DNA from: an uncultured bacterium
GTDB taxonomy: Bacteria; Oederibacteriota; Muellerivitia; Muellerivitales; Muellerivitaceae
Assembly (NCBI GenBank): GCA_964525605.1
Contig: CAZGKT010000012.1
Coordinates: 7,771-71,770 of the forward strand
Direction of reading: 5' to 3'
Length of the DNA: 64,000 bases
The stretch's first letter is position 1. Each line of letters opens with the position of its first letter. Of this stretch, positions 8,717 to 17,734 are shown piece after piece. A model generated the notes under the pieces. It saw only the letters and a program-made list of their open reading frames with translations, did no database searches and was not told the origin of the DNA. A program made the translations under genes and the position numbers.

Positions 8717-11700
8717 CTAAAACTTCCCGGTCAGCGAGAATTGCCACATGTTGAGTGTTTGAAGGCTATTGTCGTCCTCCCAATAGTCGAGGAAACTTGG
8801 AAGGCCGTAGGTCAGGGAGGCCAAAACGGTGTTGTTCATAAAATATTTGCTGAAGCTGGCGTAAATATTGGTGTACTGGCCGAAGCGGTATCCGGTCTGG
8901 TCCACGTATTTCACATCCCCCTTGAGCCAGGTGTTGCCCCAGAACTTGTACTTCAACCCCGCGTCGTAGGTGAAGACTTCCCACCATTCGGTAACCGCAT
9001 CCCGGAATATGCCGGTAGCGAGGAACTGGGGCGTGATCTTGTAGTGAAGCTCATAGTTGGAAGTGATTTGAAGGGCCCGGGTGGGAATTTCCGGATTGGC
9101 CAAGGTGGGGTCACCCACGTTGTAACCGTCGTCGTAAAAGTACCACCAAAAATTCATGTAGAGGGGCGACTTGTCGGTGTTGTTGGTCAGGATGGTTCGG
9201 ATCCCGTAGTTACTATTGGTATTCGTCATGGAGGCGTAGTCGTAATACTGGATGTTTAAGTTGAGGCCCGTCAAAAAATCATTCCAAAAAGGGCTCCAAG
9301 TTTCCATGTCTTTGATGAGTTGGAGGGTATCGGTGGCCCAAACGATCTGGAAGTTATTCTGGATGGCTCCCGAGGAGGCCCCGGCAACCTCGTAAGGCAT
9401 GAAAAAGTAAATCGGGTTGACCGTGCGCCCCGCCGTCAATTTAAACGCGCCGAGTTGGTAATTGAGGCCTACGTCATAAGCCTGGTTATTGATGGAGGGA
9501 AGATCGTAAACGCTTCCCTGGTATGCCGTGTTCACGCTTTCGGCAAATTCCCCGAAAACCTGCAGATGAATGTCCCTCAAATAGCCGTTGAGGTCGGCCT
9601 CGTAGGTCTTGATGTCCGCTTCCACGTTGGACGTCAGGGGATTGCTTCCCGGCACGTTGCCATAGCGTCCGTCCAACAGGCCCGCGCCCAGCCACCAGTC
9701 CTCCACAGCGACGGATTTGAAACGCAAGAGATAACCCGCTGAATTTCCCAGGGAGAGGGGAGTGGTGCCATATTGGGCAAAACCCGAGGCCTGAAGCATC
9801 CCCACATTGCCAATGGAATAATGGTCCTCCGCCCCGTAAATCTGGCTGCCCAGGGAAGGACCGCTCAGCAATTGCATGGGATCATCCGAACCGCTCAATT
9901 GGTCGCCCGTGAAAAGGGCCAATTCATTGCCCCCGGCACGGACATCCAGCCGGATTTTTTCCAAATTAAACTGGGCCTGACTGTTTTGCGTTCCCATCAC
10001 CGAACCCTGCACCACCAGTTGTAAATGATCGGAAGGGTTGATTTTGAAGGATATATCCTCCCCGACGACCCCCTCCACCCGTTGGGAACCCGTCCCCAAC
10101 CAGCGAATGTTGTCCAGGTAAAAGGTGCCCCGTCCCGGAAGTCCCGCGACACCCGAAACTTTGAAGGCGATCACGTGAACCTGATTCGCGTTACGCAAGG
10201 TATCCCAAAATCTCCAGGCCGTTCGGGCGCTTTTGAAGTTGTTGCCTTGCAAGGGAATATCCAAATTATGGTTCCACCCGCAATTGAGAGTGACCGAGAG
10301 GGACTCGATGTCTTCCCCGTTGCTGTTTCCGTTGTAGGTCCCACCCGTGTAAAACTGCAGGTTAATGGCCAGGGGCTGTCCGGGGTTGAAGGCGTCGAAG
10401 TCGATATGGGTATAGGGGGAAACATCGATGGAACTGCCGGGGGGCCCGGGGGGGGTGTATTGGAAGATAGGGTTGTTGACGGCGGCGCCTGCGGCGAAGT
10501 TGCAGAGGTAATCCACTTCCAGGGAATGGCTTCCATCGGTCGCGTAAGCATTGCTTCGGGTCAAAATAACTCCCGTGTTGGCCTCCCAGGAAGTGATACT
10601 TCCCTCAAAGCTCTCAAAAGGAGTGTACTGCAGGGACCGGACGGTTAATTGGGTTTCAGACGAGACGCCAATCACCTGTCCCACATCCCGGGAACCTGCG
10701 GCGGGCCCGATCAAATCCCGTTCGATCGTCCGGAGGTTGGACATGAAAACATGCCCGTCGCCCAGGTGGTGGGGATGGATGTTGACGATGACCGTACGGA
10801 TGTCTTCCCGGGTTCTCAGGTAATCGGTCGAGGACCAGTTGGTTTCCAGCGATTTGAAAATGGCTTCGGAAATGTTCACCTTCACATTGCGGTTCCAGCC
10901 AGGCTTCAACGAGTAATCGATGCTTTCCTGCCATTCCGTATTGGGTCCGGTTTGAACGGCCAAGGTGAAAACAACCGAGTAGGATTGGGGATTATAAAAG
11001 TCGAACTCAACGGCAAGGACATTGCTCCAATCCACGAATTTATTTTTCACGAATTGGCAGGCCTGGTCATCGGCGAAGGTGCGGTACCGCAAGTCCACCG
11101 CATATACCCCCTGGGGGTTGTCCCGGGTTTTGAGCGTCGTGTAACCCGCCAAAACCGCGAAAGAATTGCTTCCCGCGCTGGTGGAAGCTTCCCAGCCATC
11201 CGCGGAAGCGTTATAGAGCGGGTCCCATAAAACCGTTCGTCCCTGAATTTCCCCCTTGGGGGCGGCGGACTTGCCCATCGCCACATTGTCCGTTCCGGTG
11301 ACGCGGACATTGTCAAAGTAGGCCGAGCCCGTCAAAGACCCATTATGGTAAAACCCGATGAAAAGGCTTTTAACCTGGTCCAGTTCCTCGGCATAGGCTG
11401 TGTTTTTCCACTGGCTGTCTGCGGTTTTGAAGTTCTTGGTCTTTAAGTAAAAGGTCACGTTTCGGTTCCATCCCGGCTTGACGGAAACGGGATTGGCTTC
11501 CTGCCATAAGAAGGTATCCCCTGTTTTCAGGACCATCCCGGCCTGGAGGGTTTCCTTCAGGGGGTTATAAATGTCCACCTTGACCGCGTCGGAATTTTTA
11601 AGGTTCAGGCTTTCATTTTGTTCGAAGCCATACCAGGCCTGCTGACCGTCGCCGTCGAAATCGAAGGACACCTTCAGCATATGGGTGCCTTCGGTGGCGT

Positions 11701-13012
11701 TCTTGGACTGGACGATGGTCGCCCCGGTTGATTTGTAAGTCCCCCCCATGGCGGCCCAGGGAGTGGTTCCCTTCTCGAAACCCTCCAGGAGGTGGTCGGT
11801 GCCCTCGACTGCCGGAAGGAAGGGCACGGCGGCACGAACGATTTTTTCCAACTCAGGCGCTTGGTCTGTAAGCAACCGCACGTTATCCACGACCACGAAG
11901 CCCTTGCCAATCTGGTGGGAAGCGAAGGAAAGCCCGAATTTCCGTACCGCGCCTAGTCCCACGAGGGGGGCCGTATTGATGTAGTTGCTGGCGGCGCACT
12001 TGTAGATCTTGGATTTCAGGGAGATGGCCACGTTCCGGTTCCAACCGGGCTTCAGGGTTTGGGAAGCGGATTCGTAATAATCCCACTTGGCGCCTGTATT
12101 CAACACGATAGTGGTATCCATCGGGTCTTTCCCCGGCACGAAAACGTCATACATCACGCCATTGGCCGCCGAAAGATCCATGTCGGCCTCCAGGACGAAA
12201 GTGCCCCGGTCATCCGGCTGTTTGTTTTCAAAATTCAAAAAGGCCGCATGGGTTCCTTCCGTGGTCTGGACCGTTTTCACATCCGTATCGGTGGCCGAAG
12301 AATAGTCCTTATCGGGCGCGAAGGGGCAACTCCCGTCCTCAAAACCCGTTACCAGGACCGGGCTTCCCGTAACCAAGTCGGCGGCGGTGAATTTCAGGAC
12401 TTTGCTTTCATCCGCCCCGGTCAAGCGAAGGTCATCCATGTAGAGGTAGCCTTCCCCCTCCTGCTGGGTCTCAAACACAAGGGCCGCTTGCTTCAAGTCG
12501 GACTTGGGATTCAAGGAGGTTATGTCGAAGACAACATTCCGGTTCCACCCCGGAACCAGGGTCGTTTCGGGCGACTTGAGCCAATTCCAGGAGGGGCCCT
12601 GTTTGAGAATGACGGAGCCGGTGAACGTCAAGGGAGAGGAATTGTAAAAATCCACCGTCAGGGAGGTGGCGCCGGTCAGGTCCCCCACCTGGGAAGTGGA
12701 AAAGGCAACCCTTCCACCCCCCTTGGACAGGATGAAATGGCCTCGGTAACCGTAACGGCCGCTGGTAGGAAAATCGGGGGAGATGATTCCGCCATCCATG
12801 ACGCTGGCCTCGAACTGGGTGCCCCAATAGGTGTTACCCAGTTCGAAATCTTCCCAGATGAATGGTTGAGCCGGGGCCGATAAAGGCGATGGAGGCGGCG
12901 GTTCCTGTGCGTAAGAGACGTGGGGCGGTAGACTGCAAGCCAACACAAAAAAGGCGAAGCTCCGAAAAGCCGCGCCAATTTTAAAAGGATATGAATTCAA
13001 TCTGTGACTCAC
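8717..13012 (-). CDS. Giant outer-membrane protein: signal peptide + five tandem PGWNRNV-modules + C-terminal beta-barrel
   Basis: 1431 aa. Signal peptide KIGAAFRSFAFFVLACSLPPHVSYA-QE. Motif PGWNRNV at aa 154, 322, 513, 704 (degenerate CGWNHNL at 911). Last ~450 aa have alternating amphipathic beta pattern ending ...SLTGKF (terminal Phe). Confidence 0.8.
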   Translation of the reverse strand: MSHRLNSYPFKIGAAFRSFAFFVLACSLPPHVSYAQEPPPPSPLSAPAQPFIWEDFELGNTYWGTQFEASVMDGGIISPDFPTSGRYGYRGHFILSKGGGRVAFSTSQVGDLTGATSLTVDFYNSSPLTFTGSVILKQGPSWNWLKSPETTLVPGWNRNVVFDITSLNPKSDLKQAALVFETQQEGEGYLYMDDLRLTGADESKVLKFTAADLVTGSPVLVTGFEDGSCPFAPDKDYSSATDTDVKTVQTTEGTHAAFLNFENKQPDDRGTFVLEADMDLSAANGVMYDVFVPGKDPMDTTIVLNTGAKWDYYESASQTLKPGWNRNVAISLKSKIYKCAASNYINTAPLVGLGAVRKFGLSFASHQIGKGFVVVDNVRLLTDQAPELEKIVRAAVPFLPAVEGTDHLLEGFEKGTTPWAAMGGTYKSTGATIVQSKNATEGTHMLKVSFDFDGDGQQAWYGFEQNESLNLKNSDAVKVDIYNPLKETLQAGMVLKTGDTFLWQEANPVSVKPGWNRNVTFYLKTKNFKTADSQWKNTAYAEELDQVKSLFIGFYHNGSLTGSAYFDNVRVTGTDNVAMGKSAAPKGEIQGRTVLWDPLYNASADGWEASTSAGSNSFAVLAGYTTLKTRDNPQGVYAVDLRYRTFADDQACQFVKNKFVDWSNVLAVEFDFYNPQSYSVVFTLAVQTGPNTEWQESIDYSLKPGWNRNVKVNISEAIFKSLETNWSSTDYLRTREDIRTVIVNIHPHHLGDGHVFMSNLRTIERDLIGPAAGSRDVGQVIGVSSETQLTVRSLQYTPFESFEGSITSWEANTGVILTRSNAYATDGSHSLEVDYLCNFAAGAAVNNPIFQYTPPGPPGSSIDVSPYTHIDFDAFNPGQPLAINLQFYTGGTYNGNSNGEDIESLSVTLNCGWNHNLDIPLQGNNFKSARTAWRFWDTLRNANQVHVIAFKVSGVAGLPGRGTFYLDNIRWLGTGSQRVEGVVGEDISFKINPSDHLQLVVQGSVMGTQNSQAQFNLEKIRLDVRAGGNELALFTGDQLSGSDDPMQLLSGPSLGSQIYGAEDHYSIGNVGMLQASGFAQYGTTPLSLGNSAGYLLRFKSVAVEDWWLGAGLLDGRYGNVPGSNPLTSNVEADIKTYEADLNGYLRDIHLQVFGEFAESVNTAYQGSVYDLPSINNQAYDVGLNYQLGAFKLTAGRTVNPIYFFMPYEVAGASSGAIQNNFQIVWATDTLQLIKDMETWSPFWNDFLTGLNLNIQYYDYASMTNTNSNYGIRTILTNNTDKSPLYMNFWWYFYDDGYNVGDPTLANPEIPTRALQITSNYELHYKITPQFLATGIFRDAVTEWWEVFTYDAGLKYKFWGNTWLKGDVKYVDQTGYRFGQYTNIYASFSKYFMNNTVLASLTYGLPSFLDYWEDDNSLQTLNMWQFSLTGKF

Positions 13013-13029
13013 TTGCTTAAATTAATAAC

Positions 13030-13767
13030 TCAGTAATTCCAATTGAAAATATCGACGATCGCCTGAGAAGCCGTGCCCGAGCCATTGGTGTTGATTTGAA
13101 CCCCGATCAAGACGACCTGCGTGGGATCAAAGCTTCCCACCACGGCACCGGGTACGGAATAAGTCAAGGCCACGCATCCCGGTCCCGCGTTGATCCAGTT
13201 GCTGTAGGAAGAGGCCCAACTTTGGCCGGCACCGTCCTGGACGAAAACATACCCCCCTTGGGGGTAGGTGGCGTTGAACCCCGAAGCAAAGGAAATGACC
13301 GAGCTGATGTTTTTGCCGGCCAAGTTGGTAGCAGTCCCGAGGTTGTATTGGATGTTGGCCTGTTGACTGGTTGCCGTAAAACCGATCGTCACTTCCAACG
13401 CCCCCATATTCGGGGAACAGGAAGCGCTTGGATTGAATCCTGTGGTTACCGACACGCCCGCCGTGGATCCGCTCGCGTTGTAGTTCCATCCGGTGATGGA
13501 GGCCGCCGAACTAAAATAGTAGCCGGGCATCGGGGTCGCGGTCGGCATACCGGTAGGTGTGATCGTGGGAGACATCGTGACCGTGGGGGTGTTGGTCGGT
13601 GGAGGAACGGTCGGCGTTGGATAACCCCAATTGGGCTCGTTGGGATTGTTAACGCCGCATCCGGTGTAAAACAATGGAACGAGGGAAACCACCGCGATAA
13701 ACGCCAAAAACATGAGGACGGCCGAACGTTTCAAGGGAGTCTCCGTGAACCCGGGGCAAATTTTCAA
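13030..13767 (-). CDS. Lipoprotein with Pro/Thr-rich linker and beta-rich C-terminal domain
   Basis: Lipobox LFYTGCG. Linker PTPTVPPPTNTPTVTMSPTITPTGMPTATPMP. 17 nt upstream of OMP gene. Start uncertain (TTG 13767 or ATG 13713). Confidence 0.6.
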   Translation of the reverse strand: MKICPGFTETPLKRSAVLMFLAFIAVVSLVPLFYTGCGVNNPNEPNWGYPTPTVPPPTNTPTVTMSPTITPTGMPTATPMPGYYFSSAASITGWNYNASGSTAGVSVTTGFNPSASCSPNMGALEVTIGFTATSQQANIQYNLGTATNLAGKNISSVISFASGFNATYPQGGYVFVQDGAGQSWASSYSNWINAGPGCVALTYSVPGAVVGSFDPTQVVLIGVQINTNGSGTASQAIVDIFNWNY

Positions 13768-13850
13768 CGGTTTCAGTAAAGCGTTTTAATGAGGCTATCA
13801 CCCACGCCAAGAAACTGTCAAGAAAGTATTGCTTTTCATTGAAGCGCCCG

Positions 13851-14891
13851 TTAACCCCTCGCTCTCGAGGGGGCCTTGGCCGTGGATTCACGGACCACCA
13901 GCTCAACCGGGACCTCCAGCCGGACGGCCTTTTGGTTCCCGTTTTCAATCATCTGCAATACCCGGTTGACGCCCATCTTGCCCATGTACTCCTTTGCCAC
14001 GCTGATGGTCGTCAGGGGCGGATTCGTGTAATTGCTCATCGTGATATTGTCGAAGCCGACCACGCTCAAGTCTTGGGGCACCTTTCGGCCCGTCTCGTGG
14101 GCCGCCCTTAAAACCCCGGCGGACATCTCGTCGTTGACGCAAAAGAGGGCGGTCAAGTCCTTCCGTTTGACAAGAATTTCTTTCGCCCTTGCGTAGCCTT
14201 CCCAAAAATTCAAGTTGTCGGCCTTGAAGATCAGGCCATCGGAGGGCTCAATGCCGTTTTTCACCAGCGCCGATTTCCAACCCGCCAACCTTTCCTGGAT
14301 GCTGGGACGATCCCAAGCCGCGGCCAGGATACCGATTTGCTTGTGCCCAAGCCGGACGAGGTGTTCGACCGCCAGCACCCCGCCCTTGCGGTTGTCGATC
14401 TGAATCGTGTCGATTCCTTTCAAATGGGGAAAGTTGTCGATGGCCGCAATGGGGATTTTCCGCTTTTTCATGTCGGCCGCCATCTTGGGATCGCACCGGC
14501 CTATCACCAGGATTCCATCCACGTTTTTCTCTCGGACGATCTTGGGAAGGCTGGGATAGCCCTGGTAAACCGATTCAATATAGGAAAAGTATAGGTTGAA
14601 ACCCTGGGCCAGGGTTTCCTTCACCACGCCTTCGATCACGAAGGAATAGAAATGGTTCGAGATGGGCTGGTCCTCGAGGTAAAAAATCACCCCCAGATTG
14701 CGCGTTCTTTTCCCCGCCAAGCCCGCCGCGAGGGCGCTCGGGTGGTAGTCCAGCTTTTCCGCCGCCGCCATCACTTTGCGCTGGACCGCCTGGCTGATGA
14801 CCATGTCGGCCCGGCGGTTGAGAACGAAGGATACGGTGGTGATGGACACCCCCGCCGCCTTGGCCACGTCCTTGATTGTCACATGCTTCAT
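13851..14891 (-). CDS. LacI-family transcriptional regulator
   Basis: N-terminal HTH MKHVTIKDVAKAAGVSITTVSFVLN followed by periplasmic-binding-protein-like sugar-binding fold. Confidence 0.9.
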   Translation of the reverse strand: MKHVTIKDVAKAAGVSITTVSFVLNRRADMVISQAVQRKVMAAAEKLDYHPSALAAGLAGKRTRNLGVIFYLEDQPISNHFYSFVIEGVVKETLAQGFNLYFSYIESVYQGYPSLPKIVREKNVDGILVIGRCDPKMAADMKKRKIPIAAIDNFPHLKGIDTIQIDNRKGGVLAVEHLVRLGHKQIGILAAAWDRPSIQERLAGWKSALVKNGIEPSDGLIFKADNLNFWEGYARAKEILVKRKDLTALFCVNDEMSAGVLRAAHETGRKVPQDLSVVGFDNITMSNYTNPPLTTISVAKEYMGKMGVNRVLQMIENGNQKAVRLEVPVELVVRESTAKAPSRARG

Positions 14892-15116
14892 ATGAACTCC
14901 TCGCCTTTTTCAACGAACCTTTCAAGTCATTCGACAGGGCAATTATTCACCCGGGGAGATGCAAAATCAAAAAAGAAACCATCTTCTTTTACGAAGAAAG
15001 CTTCAACCGAATGCCCCCCCGAAAGGAAAGTGAGGGCGGAGGCTCGAAAGGAACCTAAAGCCCAAATAAACCAACCTTGCGATATTACTTTATATTTGGC
15101 GGATTAAAGCTAGAAT

Positions 15117-15132
15117 ACTAAAACCTTTTAGT
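15117..15132. promoter_or_regulatory. 16-bp palindrome ACTAAAACCTTTTAGT, candidate LacI-family operator
   Basis: Inverted repeat (7/8 per half) 56 nt upstream of the GH130 start, in the LacI/GH130 divergent intergenic region next to a TATATT -10-like element. Half-site ACTAAAAC recurs at ~17669 upstream of GH36. Confidence 0.3.
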
Positions 15133-15187
15133 TAATCTTAGAGTCGAAAGCCTTTTAAGGCCCGACCATCCAACCCGGAGGATTTCC

Positions 15188-16114
15188 TTGGCTAATGAGA
15201 CCGTGTTTAAGCGTTATTCCCAGAATCCCATCATCACCTCGGCGGCCGTGCCTGACGCGCACGTCATCATGAACAGCGCCGTGATCCGGTTCAAAGGGGC
15301 TTACGCCGGGGTCTTCCGGGTGGACACCCAGGAAATGGTCATGGAACTGCATGTGGGTTTCAGCCAGGACGCCCTCCATTGGGACATCCAGCCCCAGCGC
15401 CTGAAGCTTTACGGCAAGGTCCCAAAGGCCATTCCCTGCGGGATGGGTTACGACCCCCGCATCACCCAGATCGGGAATACCTATTACATCACCTGGTGCT
15501 ATTACCCCACCCCCGGACCCTCCATCGGATTGGCCTCGACCCAGGATTTCAAGAAGTTCACCCAACTTTCGACCATTCTCCTGCCCTACAACCGAAACGC
15601 GGTGCTCTTCCCCCGCAAGATCAACGGAAAGTTCGCCTTGCTTCACCGGCCTTCCGATAACGGCCACACGCCTTTCGGCGATATCTTCTACGCCACGAGC
15701 CCCGACATGATCCATTGGGGAAACCATGAGTTCGTTTTTGGAAGAACCAGCGGCTGGCAAATGACGAAGGTCGGGGCCGGCCCCACGCCCATCGAGACCA
15801 AAGAGGGGTGGGTCATCCTCTATCACGGCGTCCATACCACCTGTAACGGGTTTGTTTATTCCATGGGCGGCGCGATCCTCGATTTGGACCAGCCTTGGAA
15901 AGTGAAGTATCGGACGAAGCGATATCTGATGGCGCCCACCGAGCTCTACGAACGGGTGGGTTTCGTGCCCAATGTGGTCTTCCCCACCGCGGCGATCCTG
16001 GATGAAAAGACCAACCAGATCGATGTCTATTACGGCGCGGCCGACACCTGCGTTTGCCTGGCCTCGGCCGACTTCGGCGAGGTCGTGAAGTTTATCAAGA
16101 AGAACAGCTATTAA
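15188..16114 (+). CDS. Glycoside hydrolase family 130 (beta-mannoside phosphorylase/hydrolase)
   Basis: MANETVFKRYSQNPIIT...LHWD...YDPRI...LLHRPSD...YYGAADTCVCLA; typical GH130 (DUF377) five-bladed propeller blocks. Confidence 0.8.
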   Translation: MANETVFKRYSQNPIITSAAVPDAHVIMNSAVIRFKGAYAGVFRVDTQEMVMELHVGFSQDALHWDIQPQRLKLYGKVPKAIPCGMGYDPRITQIGNTYYITWCYYPTPGPSIGLASTQDFKKFTQLSTILLPYNRNAVLFPRKINGKFALLHRPSDNGHTPFGDIFYATSPDMIHWGNHEFVFGRTSGWQMTKVGAGPTPIETKEGWVILYHGVHTTCNGFVYSMGGAILDLDQPWKVKYRTKRYLMAPTELYERVGFVPNVVFPTAAILDEKTNQIDVYYGAADTCVCLASADFGEVVKFIKKNSY

Positions 16115-16316
16115 AAAATTCGATTGATTTACCGCAGAGACGCGGAGAACAACGTTTCACCGACTTATGGGCCCCTCTCTAAAAATTGCCTTTTTGGTTT
16201 TGTCGGCTCCAATAAACAAGGTTTTCTTTGTGTCTTGATGCCTTGGGGTAACCCATTATTAGGTTTCCTTATTTCTTTCGATTTTCTCCGCGTCTCCGCG
16301 GTTAAATTTTCTTCGT

Positions 16317-17612
16317 CTATTTTTTGAAAAAGTTCTTATTCACGTCCGCTGTCGCCTTTTTCAACGCCACCGCCGCCGTCTCGTCCCCGTTCCAGACCCG
16401 TTCCAGTGCCGAATCGATATGGCTCTTCCATTCCGCGATATTGGGGTCCAGCGGCTGCCAATGTCCGTCTTTTACCGCGTCCACCAGGAAAGCCTTGGAC
16501 TTGGGCTGTTGGTTGTCCAGGAAAACCGGCGACTGGGCCAGGGCCTTGATCGCCGGCTGGGTCAAACCGGTGGCGGCCATGTATTTCTCTCCCACCTCGC
16601 CCGCGAGAAACTTCACCAGCTCAAAGGCCAAGTCCGGGTGTTGGGAAGTCCGGATGATGCCGTAACCCGTCGCGCTCATGGGGAAACCCCGATGTCCCTT
16701 CGGCCCCAAGGGGAATTCCACCACATCCCAATCGAATGATTTGATCTCACGGAAACGGGGGGTCATCCAGATCCCGCTGTAGAACATGGCCCCCTGACCG
16801 TTGATGAAGTAATCCGAATTGCCCAACCCGCCCATGGCCGTGGAAGCGCTGGGGCTGGGGGTACAGCCGTACTTGAAGATGAGGTCGGCCCGGAACTGGG
16901 CTCCCGCGATGGCCTCGGGGGTATCCAACATGCATCGCGTGTCGTGGTTTATGTCATCCACCAGGGTTCCCCCGAAGGCGTAAACCCAGGCGTCCCAGGT
17001 CGGGTAATCATCCACGAATCCCCATTGGTCCGTCTTTCCCCCGGCGGCCTTCTTGGTCAGTTTTTGAGCGGTCGCCACGAACTCCTCGTAGGTCCAGTCG
17101 TTCTTCGGGTAAGGCAGGCCCGCTTCGTCGAATTTCTTCTTGTTGTAATAGATCACCGCGATCGGGGCGATATCCCGGGGGATGGCCGTGAGCATGCCGT
17201 TCACCGTGTAATGGTCGATCGCCTCGGGATAAAAATCCGTCAGTTTGATGGAAGGGTCCTTGTCCACATAGGGTTTCAGGTCCACAAATAAACCCCGGGT
17301 GGTAAAGGAAGACATCTGTTCCGCGTTGATGGCCATCACGTCCGGGGCCTGGTTGGCCGAGAAATCGGTCAGGATCTTGGTGATATATTCGCCATAGGGC
17401 GCCCGTTGAAGAACCACCTCCACATCCGGGTGGGCCTTCTTGAAGTCGTCGATCGCGAATTGGACGATCTTGTTCTCCTCCACCCCGCCCCAGCCGATGC
17501 ACGAGAGCGTGACTTTCCCGTTGTTCTTCGAACAGCCGAGGGGGCCTAAAAGAAGAGGCCCAAAGAACGATACAAAAATGGAAAGAGTCAAAGGAACCAT
17601 AAGATTTTTCAT
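16317..17612 (-). CDS. ABC transporter solute-binding lipoprotein (family 1, sugar-binding)
   Basis: Lipobox LLGPLGCS. SBP_bac_1-like sequence throughout. No permease or ATPase genes in the window. Confidence 0.8.
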   Translation of the reverse strand: MKNLMVPLTLSIFVSFFGPLLLGPLGCSKNNGKVTLSCIGWGGVEENKIVQFAIDDFKKAHPDVEVVLQRAPYGEYITKILTDFSANQAPDVMAINAEQMSSFTTRGLFVDLKPYVDKDPSIKLTDFYPEAIDHYTVNGMLTAIPRDIAPIAVIYYNKKKFDEAGLPYPKNDWTYEEFVATAQKLTKKAAGGKTDQWGFVDDYPTWDAWVYAFGGTLVDDINHDTRCMLDTPEAIAGAQFRADLIFKYGCTPSPSASTAMGGLGNSDYFINGQGAMFYSGIWMTPRFREIKSFDWDVVEFPLGPKGHRGFPMSATGYGIIRTSQHPDLAFELVKFLAGEVGEKYMAATGLTQPAIKALAQSPVFLDNQQPKSKAFLVDAVKDGHWQPLDPNIAEWKSHIDSALERVWNGDETAAVALKKATADVNKNFFKK

Positions 17613-17734
17613 GAATAACCTCCGTTGATGGCCGATTATATCAAAGGGATATTTATTACCAATAAAAGACTAAAACGATTTAATCTTTTCAGGTTATTCT
17701 ACGGTTCGATTACCTCTATCCTATCGGGATAACC

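Noticed and set aside
10025-12883. Several 190-275-aa plus-strand ORFs (10025..10648, 10649..11230, 12059..12883)
   Set aside because: All are antisense to the 1431-aa OMP gene. They are low-complexity G/R/P/V-rich, with no domain signatures.
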